Shown piece by piece: positions 37,855 through 47,311 of a DNA stretch of 64,000 bases; the stretch's first letter is position 1, and every line of letters begins with the position of its first letter. Source of the stretch: an uncultured delta proteobacterium (GTDB lineage: Bacteria > Myxococcota > UBA727 > VGSZ01); assembly GCA_963775425.1 (NCBI GenBank), contig CAVZJB010000016.1, forward strand, positions 928,001 through 992,000, in the 5' to 3' direction. A model generated the notes under the pieces. That model did not search any database, was not told where the DNA came from, and saw only the letters and a list, made by a program, of their open reading frames with translations. A program made the translations under genes and the position numbers.

Positions 37855-38643
37855 TCAACGGGGCGGCTGCCCCATGATCAGCGCCAGGACGTCGCGCAGC
37901 GCTTGCTGCCCGAACCGCTCGACCGCCCCCACGCCCCGGTCGACGGTGAAGCTCATCTCGTCGAGGGCGGCCTGAAGGGGCGTGGCGTTGTTGCGCAGGA
38001 TGGGCTGGATGGCGCCCGACGGCCAGCACACGCGCGCCGCCACCCCGAGCTTGAGCAGGCGGTCCTTGAGGACGCCTCGCTTCTCGAGGGCCATGAGCCC
38101 CTTCACACCCGCCGACGCGAGGAACGCGCGCAGGCCGAAGGGCAAGGTGAGCGTGGTAAGCACCTCGGGGGAGAGCCCGCCGAAGCCGATCACGAGGAGC
38201 GGCCGCTGCGCGCGGCGGGCGACCTCGAGGTCCTCGATGGAGAACGCGGCCAGGGAGCCGCGCAGCCCGGGGTGCGTGTGCCACAGGATGGTGCCCCAGT
38301 CGGGATCGATGGCGACGCGCCCGGGCTGCCCGGTCGTCTCGCGCTTGAGGCCGACGAGGACGGTTCGCCCACCGCGCCGCCGGGCGAACGCGACGCCGGC
38401 GAGCTCGAGCCCGTGCTGCGTCGACGTCATCAGCTCCTCCGCCGCGCGCTCGAAGAACGCCCGCGCCCCGAACAGCGGCGACTCCGCGCGCGGCACGAGG
38501 GCGGTGGTGGCGTCGGGCTGGATGGCGCCCTCGCGCGCCTGCGCCTGCGCGGTGCGCTCGGGGATGGCGTGGCTGGCGTTGCCGCGCAGCTCCTCGATCT
38601 GCGCGTCGACGATCTCCTGGGGCTCCCCGTCCGGGCGACTCAT
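37855..38643 (-). CDS. JAB/MPN+-motif hypothetical protein
   Basis: ATG overlaps the rodA stop; GLELAG ... WHTHP-x-FSIED. Confidence 0.65.
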   Translation of the reverse strand: MSRPDGEPQEIVDAQIEELRGNASHAIPERTAQAQAREGAIQPDATTALVPRAESPLFGARAFFERAAEELMTSTQHGLELAGVAFARRRGGRTVLVGLKRETTGQPGRVAIDPDWGTILWHTHPGLRGSLAAFSIEDLEVARRAQRPLLVIGFGGLSPEVLTTLTLPFGLRAFLASAGVKGLMALEKRGVLKDRLLKLGVAARVCWPSGAIQPILRNNATPLQAALDEMSFTVDRGVGAVERFGQQALRDVLALIMGQPPR

Positions 38644-39974
38644 GTTTTTCGGCCCACCTGCGCGTTCACCGCAAAACCTATGGCTATCATCTTGGTGATC
38701 ATCGACGAGCCCCCGTAGCTCATCAGGGGGAGCGTGACGCCGACGACGGGGAGCACGCCCGTCACCATGCCCATGTTGATGAACGCGTGCCAGAAGATCA
38801 TCGACGCCGCGCCCACGGCGATGAGCGCGCTGAAGCGGTCGGTGGCCTTGCGCGCCCCGCGCAACATGAGCGCGATGAGCGTGAAGAACAAGACGATGAG
38901 CACGACGGCGCCGACGAAGCCCCACTCCTCGCCGAGCACCGAGAAGATGAAGTCCGTGTGGTTCTCCGGCAGGAACGACAACTGCGTCTGCGTCCCCTGC
39001 CCGTAGCCCTTGCCGGTGATCTGGCCGGAGCCGACGGCGATGATGGACTGCGCCGCGTGGTAGCCGGCGCCCTGGATGTCGGCCTCGGGGTTCAAGAACG
39101 TCTGCACGCGTTTCTTCTGGTAGCCTTGGAGCACGAAGAACCACGCGAACACCGCCGTGCTGATGGCGCCGACGAAGGAGATCGCGAGGTCGCGCGGGCG
39201 CATGCCGCAAAAGAGGATCTGCGTGGCGGCGATGGCGAGGACGATGGACGCCGTGCCGAGGTCGGGCTCGATGAGCACGAGCGCGAACGGCACGAGCACG
39301 ATGTCGATGGGCGCCACGATCTTCCGATGGCTGATGCCGCCGCGCACCGTGGCGAGGATGGCGATCATCAGCCACACGCCGCCGATGACGATGGCGCCGG
39401 CGGTGACCCAGTGCGGCTGCAGCTTGTGGAGCTCCTCGAGCGGCACGCCTTTGGCGATGTCCAGGTCGTGCTTCTTGATCTGGTGGAAGTGCCGCCAGAC
39501 CACGCCCGCCATCAAGCCCAACGGGCGCGAGACGTTGAACGGCCGCAGCAGCTGCATGAGCGTGTATCCGCCGGGCACCTCGTACTCGCCGAAGTACTTG
39601 GCGACGACGAGGATGATCGCGATCTTGGCGAGCTCCGACGGCTGGCCGCCGATGGGCCCGATGTCGAGCCAGCGCTGGGCGCCCTTGTGCGGCGTGCCCA
39701 TGACGAGGACGGCCACGAGCAGGACGCATACGAGCGCATAGAGGGGAAACGCGCCGAGCTCCAGCGAGCTCGGGCGGGCGCGCGCGACGACGGCGGCGAC
39801 GACGAAGCCGGCGCACGACCACAGCAGCTGCTTGTACCAGAGGTCCGGGAACGAATCGCGTCCTGCCGACGACACCATCATCACGCTGATGAGCGGGATG
39901 ACGGCCGCGATGGCGATGAGCCCGATGGGCCACCGCGCTCCGCCGGACTCCGGCGCCGTGGACAACGACGTCAT
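38640..39974 (-). CDS. rodA: Rod shape-determining SEDS glycosyltransferase RodA
   Basis: GAQRW, QPSELAK, EPDLGTA, GYH..QS.IAVGSG, FLPENHTDFIF..LGEEWG and GVTLPLMSYGGSS. Confidence 0.95.
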   Translation of the reverse strand: MTSLSTAPESGGARWPIGLIAIAAVIPLISVMMVSSAGRDSFPDLWYKQLLWSCAGFVVAAVVARARPSSLELGAFPLYALVCVLLVAVLVMGTPHKGAQRWLDIGPIGGQPSELAKIAIILVVAKYFGEYEVPGGYTLMQLLRPFNVSRPLGLMAGVVWRHFHQIKKHDLDIAKGVPLEELHKLQPHWVTAGAIVIGGVWLMIAILATVRGGISHRKIVAPIDIVLVPFALVLIEPDLGTASIVLAIAATQILFCGMRPRDLAISFVGAISTAVFAWFFVLQGYQKKRVQTFLNPEADIQGAGYHAAQSIIAVGSGQITGKGYGQGTQTQLSFLPENHTDFIFSVLGEEWGFVGAVVLIVLFFTLIALMLRGARKATDRFSALIAVGAASMIFWHAFINMGMVTGVLPVVGVTLPLMSYGGSSMITKMIAIGFAVNAQVGRKT

Positions 39975-39989
39975 CGCGCCCCCCTCGAC

Positions 39990-40013
39990 GTGGCGCGGGG
40001 GCTTGCCCCCCGC
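39990..40013 (+). repeat. Variant REP copy in the mrdA-rodA spacer
   Basis: GTGGCGCGGGGGCTTGCCCCCCGC, with the same 7-bp stem as 3472-3495. Confidence 0.55.
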
Positions 40014-40026
40014 CTGGCGGCGGCGC

Positions 40027-42417
40027 TCATTGCGGCTCCTCGGGGGGGCCCTGCTCGACGGGCGGCTCGGCCTTGGGGTCGGGCCGCGGCGGCGTCGTGG
40101 GCATCACGTTCGGGGCGTCCGGCGGCGCCTTGGGGTCCGTCTCGGGCTCGACGGCGGTGGGCGGCGTCTCGTCTTCGTCGGGCGGCTCGACCTTCTTGGG
40201 CGGCGGCGGCCGCGGCGCGTTCTTGGGCGGCGGCAGCGGCGGCAGGTCCGCATAGCGCCCGGTGCCGCGCACCTGGGTGAACCAGGTCTTCAGCACCTCG
40301 GCCGTGACCGGCGCCGACGTGGAGCCGCCGAAGCCGCCGTGCTCGGTCATGGTGACGACGACCACCTCGGGGTGCTCCTTGGGTGCGAAGCCGACGAACC
40401 ACGCGTGGTCGCGCTGCTCGTACGGCAGCGACATCTCGCCGATGTGCTGCACGCTCTTGCTCAGCCGCACCACCTGCGCGGTGCCGGTCTTGCCGACGAT
40501 CTTGATGTTCGCGTTGCGCAGCCACTCGGACATGTCCTTGTACTGGTCGTGGCGCCACAGGAGCCCCGACGCCGTGCCGCCGGGCTCGGTGACGTGCGAC
40601 AGCGCCTCCTTCACGAGCGCGAGGTCCGACGGGAGCATGTCGAGGTGGCTGCGCACCACGGGCTCGATGGTCTTGATGACGTTGCCGTCGGCGTCGCGGA
40701 TCTCGCGGACGAGCTGCGGCTTGTACACGGTGCCGCCGTTGGCGATGGTGGCGTAGGCGATGGCGAGCTGCAGCGGCGTGACGGCGACGTCGCCCTGGCC
40801 AATGGCGTTGTTGACGACGAGGCCCGGCGTGTACGCGCCGAAGCGCCGGACGTAGTACTTGCGATCGGGGATGAGGCCGGGCGTCTCGCGGTCGATGCCG
40901 ATGTCGGTGCGCGAGCCGAAGCCGAACAGGCGCGCGGTCTCCGCGAGGCGGTCGGGGCCGAGGTCGTAGCCCACCGAATAGAAGTAGGTGTCGCACGAGT
41001 ACTGCAGCGCCTTCACCAGCGCGATGTGCCCGTGGCCGCCGCGGTTGAAGCAACGCCACACGCTGCGCCCGAGGCGGAAGAAGCCGGGGCACACGCGGAT
41101 CTGGTGCTCGTCGATGACCTTGTTGCGCAGGCCCGCCGACGCCGTGATGGCCTTGAAGGTGGAGCCGGGCGCGTAGTGGTCCTGGATGGCCTTGTTGCTC
41201 CAGGGCTTGAGCGGGTCCCTGCTGAGCTTGTGGATGTACTTCTTGCTCCATGGCCCGCTGACGAGGTTCGGGTCGTAGGGCGGGAAGCTCGCCATGGCGA
41301 GGACGAAGCCGGTGTTGACGTCGAGGGCGACCACCGATCCCTTCACGCCGCCGAACATGGCCTCGGCGGTGCGTTGCATGTCCTCGTCGAGCGAGAGCAC
41401 GAGCGTGTGCCCGGGGATCGCGGGGGTGTTGCGGTCGGGCCCGAGGAGCTCCTCGGCGAACGCGTCGCCCATGTTCCTGCCCTTGGCGTCGACGACGACG
41501 GGGCGGATGCCGTCCTTGCCGCGCAGCTCGTCCTCGAAGGCGGCCTCGACGCCGCGCCGCCCGACGAGGTCGCCGAGGTGGTAGCCCTGCCCCTCGCGCT
41601 CCTCGAGCTCCGATGAGTTGATCTCGTTCATGTAGCCGAGCACGTGCGAGGCGAGCGTCTTTTCGCGGTAGCGGCGCTTCTGGCTGTCGACGACCTCGAC
41701 GCCGGGGAGGTCGCCGAGCGACGCCGCCGCCTCGAGGCGCGCGTAGGCGTCGAAGCCGATGTCCTCGAGGAGCACCGCGGGCTTGAAGCGGCCGAGCCCG
41801 TGCGACTTGCGCAGCGCGCTCTCGACGCGCTCCTTCATGTCGTCGGGGTTGAGCCCGACGAGCTCCCGCGTGTGGCGGAACACCGACGCGCGCGAAGGGA
41901 AGTCCCGCGCGTGCGCGCTCACCTGGCAGGTGCCGTCGATCCCGCGGTCGACGACGACGCCGCGGATGTCCTCCTGCGCGGCGACGGCCTCGATGTCCTT
42001 GCACGCGTCTTCGGGGACGCCGTCGAGGAGGACGACCTCGTCGTCGCCGTCGGTCTCGACGGCGGCGAGCACGCGCTGATCGGCGTCGTTGATGACGGCC
42101 TTCTCCGGATGCGCCGGCGCGAGCAGTTGCCGGAGCGTCTTGGTGCTGTCGGGGAGGAACGCCACGGTGATGTAGACGTCGTGGGACGGCCTGTTATCGA
42201 CGAGGACGCGCCCGGCCTGGTCGAGGATGAGGCCGCGGGAGTGCGCGATGCGGTGCTCGGAGATGAAGTTCGACTGGCTCTTTTCGACGTACTCGTCGCC
42301 CTTCACGACCTGGAGGTAGTAGAGGCGGACGACGAGGCCGAAGAGGAAGATCGCGACGAGGGTGGTCGCCACCGCCGTGCGGCGGGCGTCGAACGCGGGC
42401 TCGAACGCCTTCTTCAC
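40027..42417 (-). CDS. mrdA: Penicillin-binding protein 2
   Basis: RLYYLQV, RGLILD, PGSTFK (SxxK), SCD (SxN-like), GKTGTAQ and DHAWF; Pro-rich tail. Confidence 0.95.
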   Translation of the reverse strand: MKKAFEPAFDARRTAVATTLVAIFLFGLVVRLYYLQVVKGDEYVEKSQSNFISEHRIAHSRGLILDQAGRVLVDNRPSHDVYITVAFLPDSTKTLRQLLAPAHPEKAVINDADQRVLAAVETDGDDEVVLLDGVPEDACKDIEAVAAQEDIRGVVVDRGIDGTCQVSAHARDFPSRASVFRHTRELVGLNPDDMKERVESALRKSHGLGRFKPAVLLEDIGFDAYARLEAAASLGDLPGVEVVDSQKRRYREKTLASHVLGYMNEINSSELEEREGQGYHLGDLVGRRGVEAAFEDELRGKDGIRPVVVDAKGRNMGDAFAEELLGPDRNTPAIPGHTLVLSLDEDMQRTAEAMFGGVKGSVVALDVNTGFVLAMASFPPYDPNLVSGPWSKKYIHKLSRDPLKPWSNKAIQDHYAPGSTFKAITASAGLRNKVIDEHQIRVCPGFFRLGRSVWRCFNRGGHGHIALVKALQYSCDTYFYSVGYDLGPDRLAETARLFGFGSRTDIGIDRETPGLIPDRKYYVRRFGAYTPGLVVNNAIGQGDVAVTPLQLAIAYATIANGGTVYKPQLVREIRDADGNVIKTIEPVVRSHLDMLPSDLALVKEALSHVTEPGGTASGLLWRHDQYKDMSEWLRNANIKIVGKTGTAQVVRLSKSVQHIGEMSLPYEQRDHAWFVGFAPKEHPEVVVVTMTEHGGFGGSTSAPVTAEVLKTWFTQVRGTGRYADLPPLPPPKNAPRPPPPKKVEPPDEDETPPTAVEPETDPKAPPDAPNVMPTTPPRPDPKAEPPVEQGPPEEPQ

Positions 42418-42426
42418 GGAGCCATC

Positions 42427-42951
42427 CTACGATTTGCTCGCGAGGCGTTCCTGGAGCGTCTCGCCTTTTTCCTCGAGATCCAGTGCAATGAGGAGGCGCT
42501 GCAAGAGCGGGAAGACGAGGAGGCTGGCGAGGGCGTTGGCGACGGCGGTGAGGACGAGGGGGAAGAACCCGAAGCTCTCGCGCCGTTGAAAGAGGAACAG
42601 CAGCAGCAGGGAGACCAGCGCGTGCGCGGCGGAGATGCCGCCGACGAAGAGGAAGCTGCGAAAGCCGCGCGGCGACGGCACGAAGCCGACCACGAAGCGG
42701 CTGCCGACGAGGACGGCGACGCACGCGAGCACGTTCAGGCCAAGCGGGGTGCCCGCGAGCGCGTCGACGACGATGCCGATGAGCGCCGCGGTGACGGCGG
42801 CCTCGACGGGCGGGTCGACGATGGCGGCGTACGCGACGAGGAGCACCCCGGGGACGACGGGCACGTACGACCAACCGAACATCACCGCCGCCGCCCCCGC
42901 CACCGCCGTGAGCAGCAGCGCGAGCCCCGTCAGCACCAGGGCGCGGGTCAT
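42427..42951 (-). CDS. mreD: Rod shape-determining protein MreD
   Basis: Hydrophobic 174-aa ORF between mreC and mrdA, with G...DAL.G.PLG. Confidence 0.8.
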   Translation of the reverse strand: MTRALVLTGLALLLTAVAGAAAVMFGWSYVPVVPGVLLVAYAAIVDPPVEAAVTAALIGIVVDALAGTPLGLNVLACVAVLVGSRFVVGFVPSPRGFRSFLFVGGISAAHALVSLLLLFLFQRRESFGFFPLVLTAVANALASLLVFPLLQRLLIALDLEEKGETLQERLASKS

Positions 42952-44183
42952 CGCGGCCCCGCGTCGCCGGTCTTCGCGGCGGCGGGCCTCGGGGCGCCAG
43001 GCTTGGGGGCGCCGGCCTTGGGGGCGCCGGCCTTGGGGGCGCCGGTCTTGGGGGCGCCGGGCTTGGGGGCGCCGGTCTTGGGGGCGCCGGGCTTGGGGGC
43101 GCCGGCGTCGGGCTCGGGGGCGCCGGCCTTGGGGGCGCCGGCGTCGGGCTTGGGGGCGCCGGCGTCGGGCTTCAGGGCGCCGCCGGGCGTGGGTGGCGCG
43201 GGGGCGGCGCTGGGGGCGGCCGCGGGCGGCTTCGCGGGCGCCGGCGGCGCCCTGCGGTGCTTGGGAGCCGCGGGCTCGGGAGCGGGGCCCGCGTCGACGG
43301 GCGCGCCGTCGACGTCCTCGTCCTCGTGGCCGCCGAGGCGCGGGGCCATGGGCGGCGGGCGATCGATGAGCACCGCGACGTGCTCGACGCGATCGAGCTC
43401 GGCCGCCGGCCGCACCACGGCGCGCAGGTACAGGCTGTCGTCGGGCGCCACCGCGTCCGTCACCGTGCCGACGGGGACGCCCACGGGGAAGCGCGCGCCG
43501 AGGCCCGACGTCACGACGAGGTCGCCGGGCTTGACGTCGCGCAGCTTGTCGAAGTCCTCGACCTTGGCGCCGTAGCGCTCGTCGGAGCCCTCGCCGCGGA
43601 TGATGCCCCGCGCGCGCGTACGCTGATCGATGACGTCGAGCGCCGAGCTCGAATCCGACAAGAGCAGCACGTCGCACGAGCGCCGCCCCACGGCCAGCAC
43701 CAGGCCCACGACGCCGTTTCGGTCGACGACGCCGTCGCCGCGGCGCACCCCGTCCGCCGTGCCGACGTCGAGGGTGAACAGGCGCGTGAGCGGCGCCCCG
43801 GTGCGCGCCACCACGCGCGCCGCGATCGGGCGCGGCCCGTCGATGCGCTCCACCTCGCGCAGCAGCGCCCGCAGCTCGTCGTTCTCCGTCTCGAGCTCCG
43901 CGATGCGCGTCTGCGCCTTCAGCATCCCCGACCTGTCGCGGCGCAGGTGCACGAGCTCGTCGTACGACGCCACCGACGTGAAGTAGTGGTCGAAGCCGTC
44001 GACGATGCTGCCCACGGACCACAACAGGCCGCGCTCGAGCAGCGCCGCCACGTCGACGAAGACGCCCACCACCGGTCCGCGCGCGCCCGGCTTCTTGGTC
44101 TGCGCGTACAGGAGCACCAGCGGCAACGCGAGCAGCGCCCCGACGACGATCAGGCCCCGGTACCGCGTGACGAGCTGCAGCAC
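42948..44183 (-). CDS. mreC: Rod shape-determining protein MreC with a GAPKP repeat tail
   Basis: LETENDELRALL coil, LDVGTADGV..G..VV..GVVG and GDLVVTSG....FP.G.PVG.V. Confidence 0.92.
   Translation of the reverse strand: MLQLVTRYRGLIVVGALLALPLVLLYAQTKKPGARGPVVGVFVDVAALLERGLLWSVGSIVDGFDHYFTSVASYDELVHLRRDRSGMLKAQTRIAELETENDELRALLREVERIDGPRPIAARVVARTGAPLTRLFTLDVGTADGVRRGDGVVDRNGVVGLVLAVGRRSCDVLLLSDSSSALDVIDQRTRARGIIRGEGSDERYGAKVEDFDKLRDVKPGDLVVTSGLGARFPVGVPVGTVTDAVAPDDSLYLRAVVRPAAELDRVEHVAVLIDRPPPMAPRLGGHEDEDVDGAPVDAGPAPEPAAPKHRRAPPAPAKPPAAAPSAAPAPPTPGGALKPDAGAPKPDAGAPKAGAPEPDAGAPKPGAPKTGAPKPGAPKTGAPKAGAPKAGAPKPGAPRPAAAKTGDAGPR
42985..43180 (-). repeat. 15/21-bp coding repeats (GAPK[P/T/A]) in the mreC tail
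   Basis: Repeated ggggcgccgg(g/c/t)cttg units. Confidence 0.85.
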
Positions 44184-44303
44184 GGCGCCAATCTAGCGAC
44201 GACGCCGCCCCGCCGTCGAGCCGCCGCCCGCGCGGCCACGGCGCGGCCTGGGGACGCGGCGGGATCGGGGAACCTTTCGGCGCCGTCGGCCGTTTCCACG
44301 GTG

Positions 44304-45098
44304 ATGAACGCCCTCAAGCAAATCCTCGCCGTCACCTTCGCCATCGCCGTCGTCGCCATCGGGACGCAGCGCACGGTCTCGCTCGTCCTCGAGATGCGCC
44401 ACACCGACCGCGAGCAGGACGCCCGCATCGACGACCTCGAACAGCAGCTCCGCGATATGCGGGCCACTGCCGACGTCGACCGCGCGCCGCACAGGCCCGG
44501 CCCCGGCGATCTGTGGGCCGACGACGACGTCCACCCCGTCCCCGTCGCGGGCTCGCCGGCGTCGGGCCCCCCCGACGCGTGGGTGACCATCGTCGCGTTC
44601 CTCGACTACCAGTGCCCGTTCTGCGGGCGCGTCCAGCAGACCCTCGCGGACCTGCGCGCGCACAACCCCGACGTGCGGATCGTCGTGAAGCACAACCCGC
44701 TGTCGTTCCACCGGCAGGCGATGCCCGCCGCCGTCGCCGCCGAGTGCGCCAACGAGCAGGGCGCCTTCTGGCCGCTGCACCGCGCGCTGTTCGCAAACCA
44801 GCGCTCCCTCGACAAGTTCCTGTCGGACGTGAGCTGGAGGCGGTTCGACCTCGACGGACAGGCCATGGCGCGCTGCATCGCGGGCAGCGAAGCCAAGGCC
44901 ATCGTCCGGGAGGACATGGACCTCGCCCGACGCATGCACGCGCAGGGGACCCCGACGTTCTTCGTCAACGGCCGCCGCTTCGTCGGCGCGCAGCCCCTCG
45001 AGAAGTTCCAGCAGGCCGTGGACCGCGCGCGCACGGCGGCGAAGGCGTCGGGCATCCCCGCGGCGCGCTACTACGCCGACGGCGTCCTCGCCCGCTGA
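44304..45098 (+). CDS. Membrane-anchored DsbA/thioredoxin-fold protein
   Basis: FLDYQCPFC, KHNPLSFH, GTPTFFVNG and GAQP. Confidence 0.9.
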   Translation: MNALKQILAVTFAIAVVAIGTQRTVSLVLEMRHTDREQDARIDDLEQQLRDMRATADVDRAPHRPGPGDLWADDDVHPVPVAGSPASGPPDAWVTIVAFLDYQCPFCGRVQQTLADLRAHNPDVRIVVKHNPLSFHRQAMPAAVAAECANEQGAFWPLHRALFANQRSLDKFLSDVSWRRFDLDGQAMARCIAGSEAKAIVREDMDLARRMHAQGTPTFFVNGRRFVGAQPLEKFQQAVDRARTAAKASGIPAARYYADGVLAR

Positions 45099-45150
45099 GC
45101 TCGGGCCTTCCCGCGACGGGATCAGCTCTCTAGCATCGCTCGATGCCCGC

Positions 45151-46134
45151 GTGCCGCTCCCCCCGCCGAGGCGCGCGCCCGTGACCGCGAGCGCCGTGGT
45201 GTTGCGCGCGGTCGCCGACGCGCTCGAGGCCGGGATGCCCCCGCAGGCCCTCGTCGACGACCCGGCCCTGGCCGGCGCGCTTCCCCCGCGCGCCCGCGCG
45301 GCGCTGCGGGCGTCGCTGCGCAGCGGCGGCAGCTTCGCCGAGGCGCTCGAGCGCGGCGGCGCCGTCGACAAGGCCGGCGGCGCCGTCGTCGCGGCCGGCG
45401 AGCGCGGCGGCTTCCTGCCGCGCGCGCTGCGCCTCGTCGCCGACGACATCGCCGAGGCCGCGGCGCGGCGGCGGCGCGGGCTGCTCGCGCTCGCGTACCC
45501 CGCGTTCCTGGTCGTGATGGCGAGCGTCATCCTGCCGTTGCCCGCCCTCGTCACCGGCGGTCTCTCCGCGTACGTCGCGCGCGCCGCGCCCGGCGTCGTC
45601 GCGGTGGCGGCGGCGCTCTTCGTGGGCCTCGTCGTGCTCCCCCGCCTGCCCGGGGGCGCCAAGGCGGCGCTCGAAAACGCGCTCGCGCGCGTTCCCCTGT
45701 ACGGGCCGCTCGTCGTCGACACCGCGCGAGCGTCGTGCCTCGAGGCGCTCGGCCGCCTCGTCGCCGCGGGTGTGCCGGTCACCCTCGCCCTGCCCACGGC
45801 CGTCGCCGCCGGCGGCCTGTCCTCGTTTCGCGCGGGGGACGCTTCGCAGACCGTCGCGGCCGGCGGCACGCTCGCGCAGGCGCTGTCCGCCGGCGGCGTC
45901 GTCGACGAGCGCATCGCCGCGCGCGTCGCCCTCGCGGAGCGCACGGGGACGCTCGACCGCGCGCTGCCCACGCTCGCCGCCGAGGCCCGCTCGCGGGCCC
46001 GGGCGCGCTTCATCGCGCTCTTCGCGGCGCTCGGGCTGCTGTGCTTCTTCGCCATCGCCGCGGCCATCGGCGCCGCCGCCGTGCACAGCACACAGAGCTA
46101 CTTCGACGCCATCGACGCCGCGACGAAGGAGTAG
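45151..46134 (+). CDS. Type II secretion F / PilC-like platform protein (divergent, short)
   Basis: Two repeats of the T2SSF pattern (AGERGGFL..., LAYPAFL, VPLYG, AERTGTLD). Confidence 0.75.
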   Translation: MPLPPPRRAPVTASAVVLRAVADALEAGMPPQALVDDPALAGALPPRARAALRASLRSGGSFAEALERGGAVDKAGGAVVAAGERGGFLPRALRLVADDIAEAAARRRRGLLALAYPAFLVVMASVILPLPALVTGGLSAYVARAAPGVVAVAAALFVGLVVLPRLPGGAKAALENALARVPLYGPLVVDTARASCLEALGRLVAAGVPVTLALPTAVAAGGLSSFRAGDASQTVAAGGTLAQALSAGGVVDERIAARVALAERTGTLDRALPTLAAEARSRARARFIALFAALGLLCFFAIAAAIGAAAVHSTQSYFDAIDAATKE

Positions 46135-46150
46135 ACGCCGCCCGCCGCGC

Positions 46151-47185
46151 TCAGTTCGACATCGCGACGGCTTGCAGCAGGTCGATCTTCTCGAGCGCCG
46201 TGCCCGCGCCGATCACGGTCCCCGAGATGGGCTCCTCGGAGTGGAACACGGGCAGGCCCGTCTCCTTGCGCAGGAGCACGTCGAGGTTGCGCAGGAGCGA
46301 CGCCCCGCCCGACAGGATGATCCCGCGATCCACGATGTCGCTGGCGAGCTCCGGCGGCGTGCGCTCGAGGCCGATGCGCACGGCCTCGGTGACGGCGTTG
46401 ATGGGCTCGCCCATGGCCTCGCGGATCTCGTCGCTGTTGCACTCGATGGTCTTGGGGACGCCGGCCACGAGGTCGCGTCCCTTCACCTCCATCGTCAACA
46501 GCTCGTCGTCGGGATAGGCGCTCCCGATGCGGATCTTGATCTGCTCGGCCGTGCGCTCGCCGATGAGCAGCGAGTAGCGCTTCTTGATGTGGTTCACGAT
46601 GGCGACGTCCATCTTGTCGCCGCCGACGCGAACCGACCGGCTGTAGACGATGCCGCCGAGCGAGATCACGGCGACCTCGCAGGTGCCGCCGCCGACGTCG
46701 ACGATCATGTTGCCGGAGGGCTCGGTGATGGGCATCCCCGCGCCGATGGCGGCGGCCATCGGCTCCTCGATGAGGTACACCTCTCGCGCGCTCGCCGACT
46801 CCGCCGACTCCTTCACCGCGCGCTTCTCCACCTCGGTGACGCCCACGGGCACCGCGATGATGATCCGCGGCTTCACCAGCGTGCTCCGGCCGTGCGCCTT
46901 CTGGATGAAGTGGCGGAGCATCTCCGCGGTGGCGTCGAAGTCGGCGATGACGCCGTCCTTGACGGGGCGGATGGCGGCGATCTGGTCGGGGGTGCGTCCG
47001 AGCATGTCCTTGGCCTCGCGCCCGACGGCGACGACCTCGCGCTTGCCCCCGGGCGCGGTGCGCACGGCCACCACCGATGGCTCGTTCACCACGATGCCCT
47101 TGCCGCGGACGAAGATGCGCGTGTTCGACGTACCGAGGTCGACCGCGAGATCCGACGAGAAAAGGCCGAAGACGCCACCAAGCAT
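46151..47185 (-). CDS. mreB: Actin-like rod shape protein MreB
   Basis: DLGTSNT, EPSVVA, DGVIADF, EEPMAAAIGAG, VDVGGGT, TPPELASDI and GGASLL. Confidence 0.97.
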   Translation of the reverse strand: MLGGVFGLFSSDLAVDLGTSNTRIFVRGKGIVVNEPSVVAVRTAPGGKREVVAVGREAKDMLGRTPDQIAAIRPVKDGVIADFDATAEMLRHFIQKAHGRSTLVKPRIIIAVPVGVTEVEKRAVKESAESASAREVYLIEEPMAAAIGAGMPITEPSGNMIVDVGGGTCEVAVISLGGIVYSRSVRVGGDKMDVAIVNHIKKRYSLLIGERTAEQIKIRIGSAYPDDELLTMEVKGRDLVAGVPKTIECNSDEIREAMGEPINAVTEAVRIGLERTPPELASDIVDRGIILSGGASLLRNLDVLLRKETGLPVFHSEEPISGTVIGAGTALEKIDLLQAVAMSN

Positions 47186-47311
47186 GATGCGCGGAACCTA
47201 CTCCCAAACGCGGGGGCGCGTCGATTGGCGCAGGACCCGTGTGCCTGCACCCAGGGGCCCCGCGCGGTGCCGGCGCCCCGCGGCCGGAACGGGGCGTGCA
47301 ACCCGCGCAGC

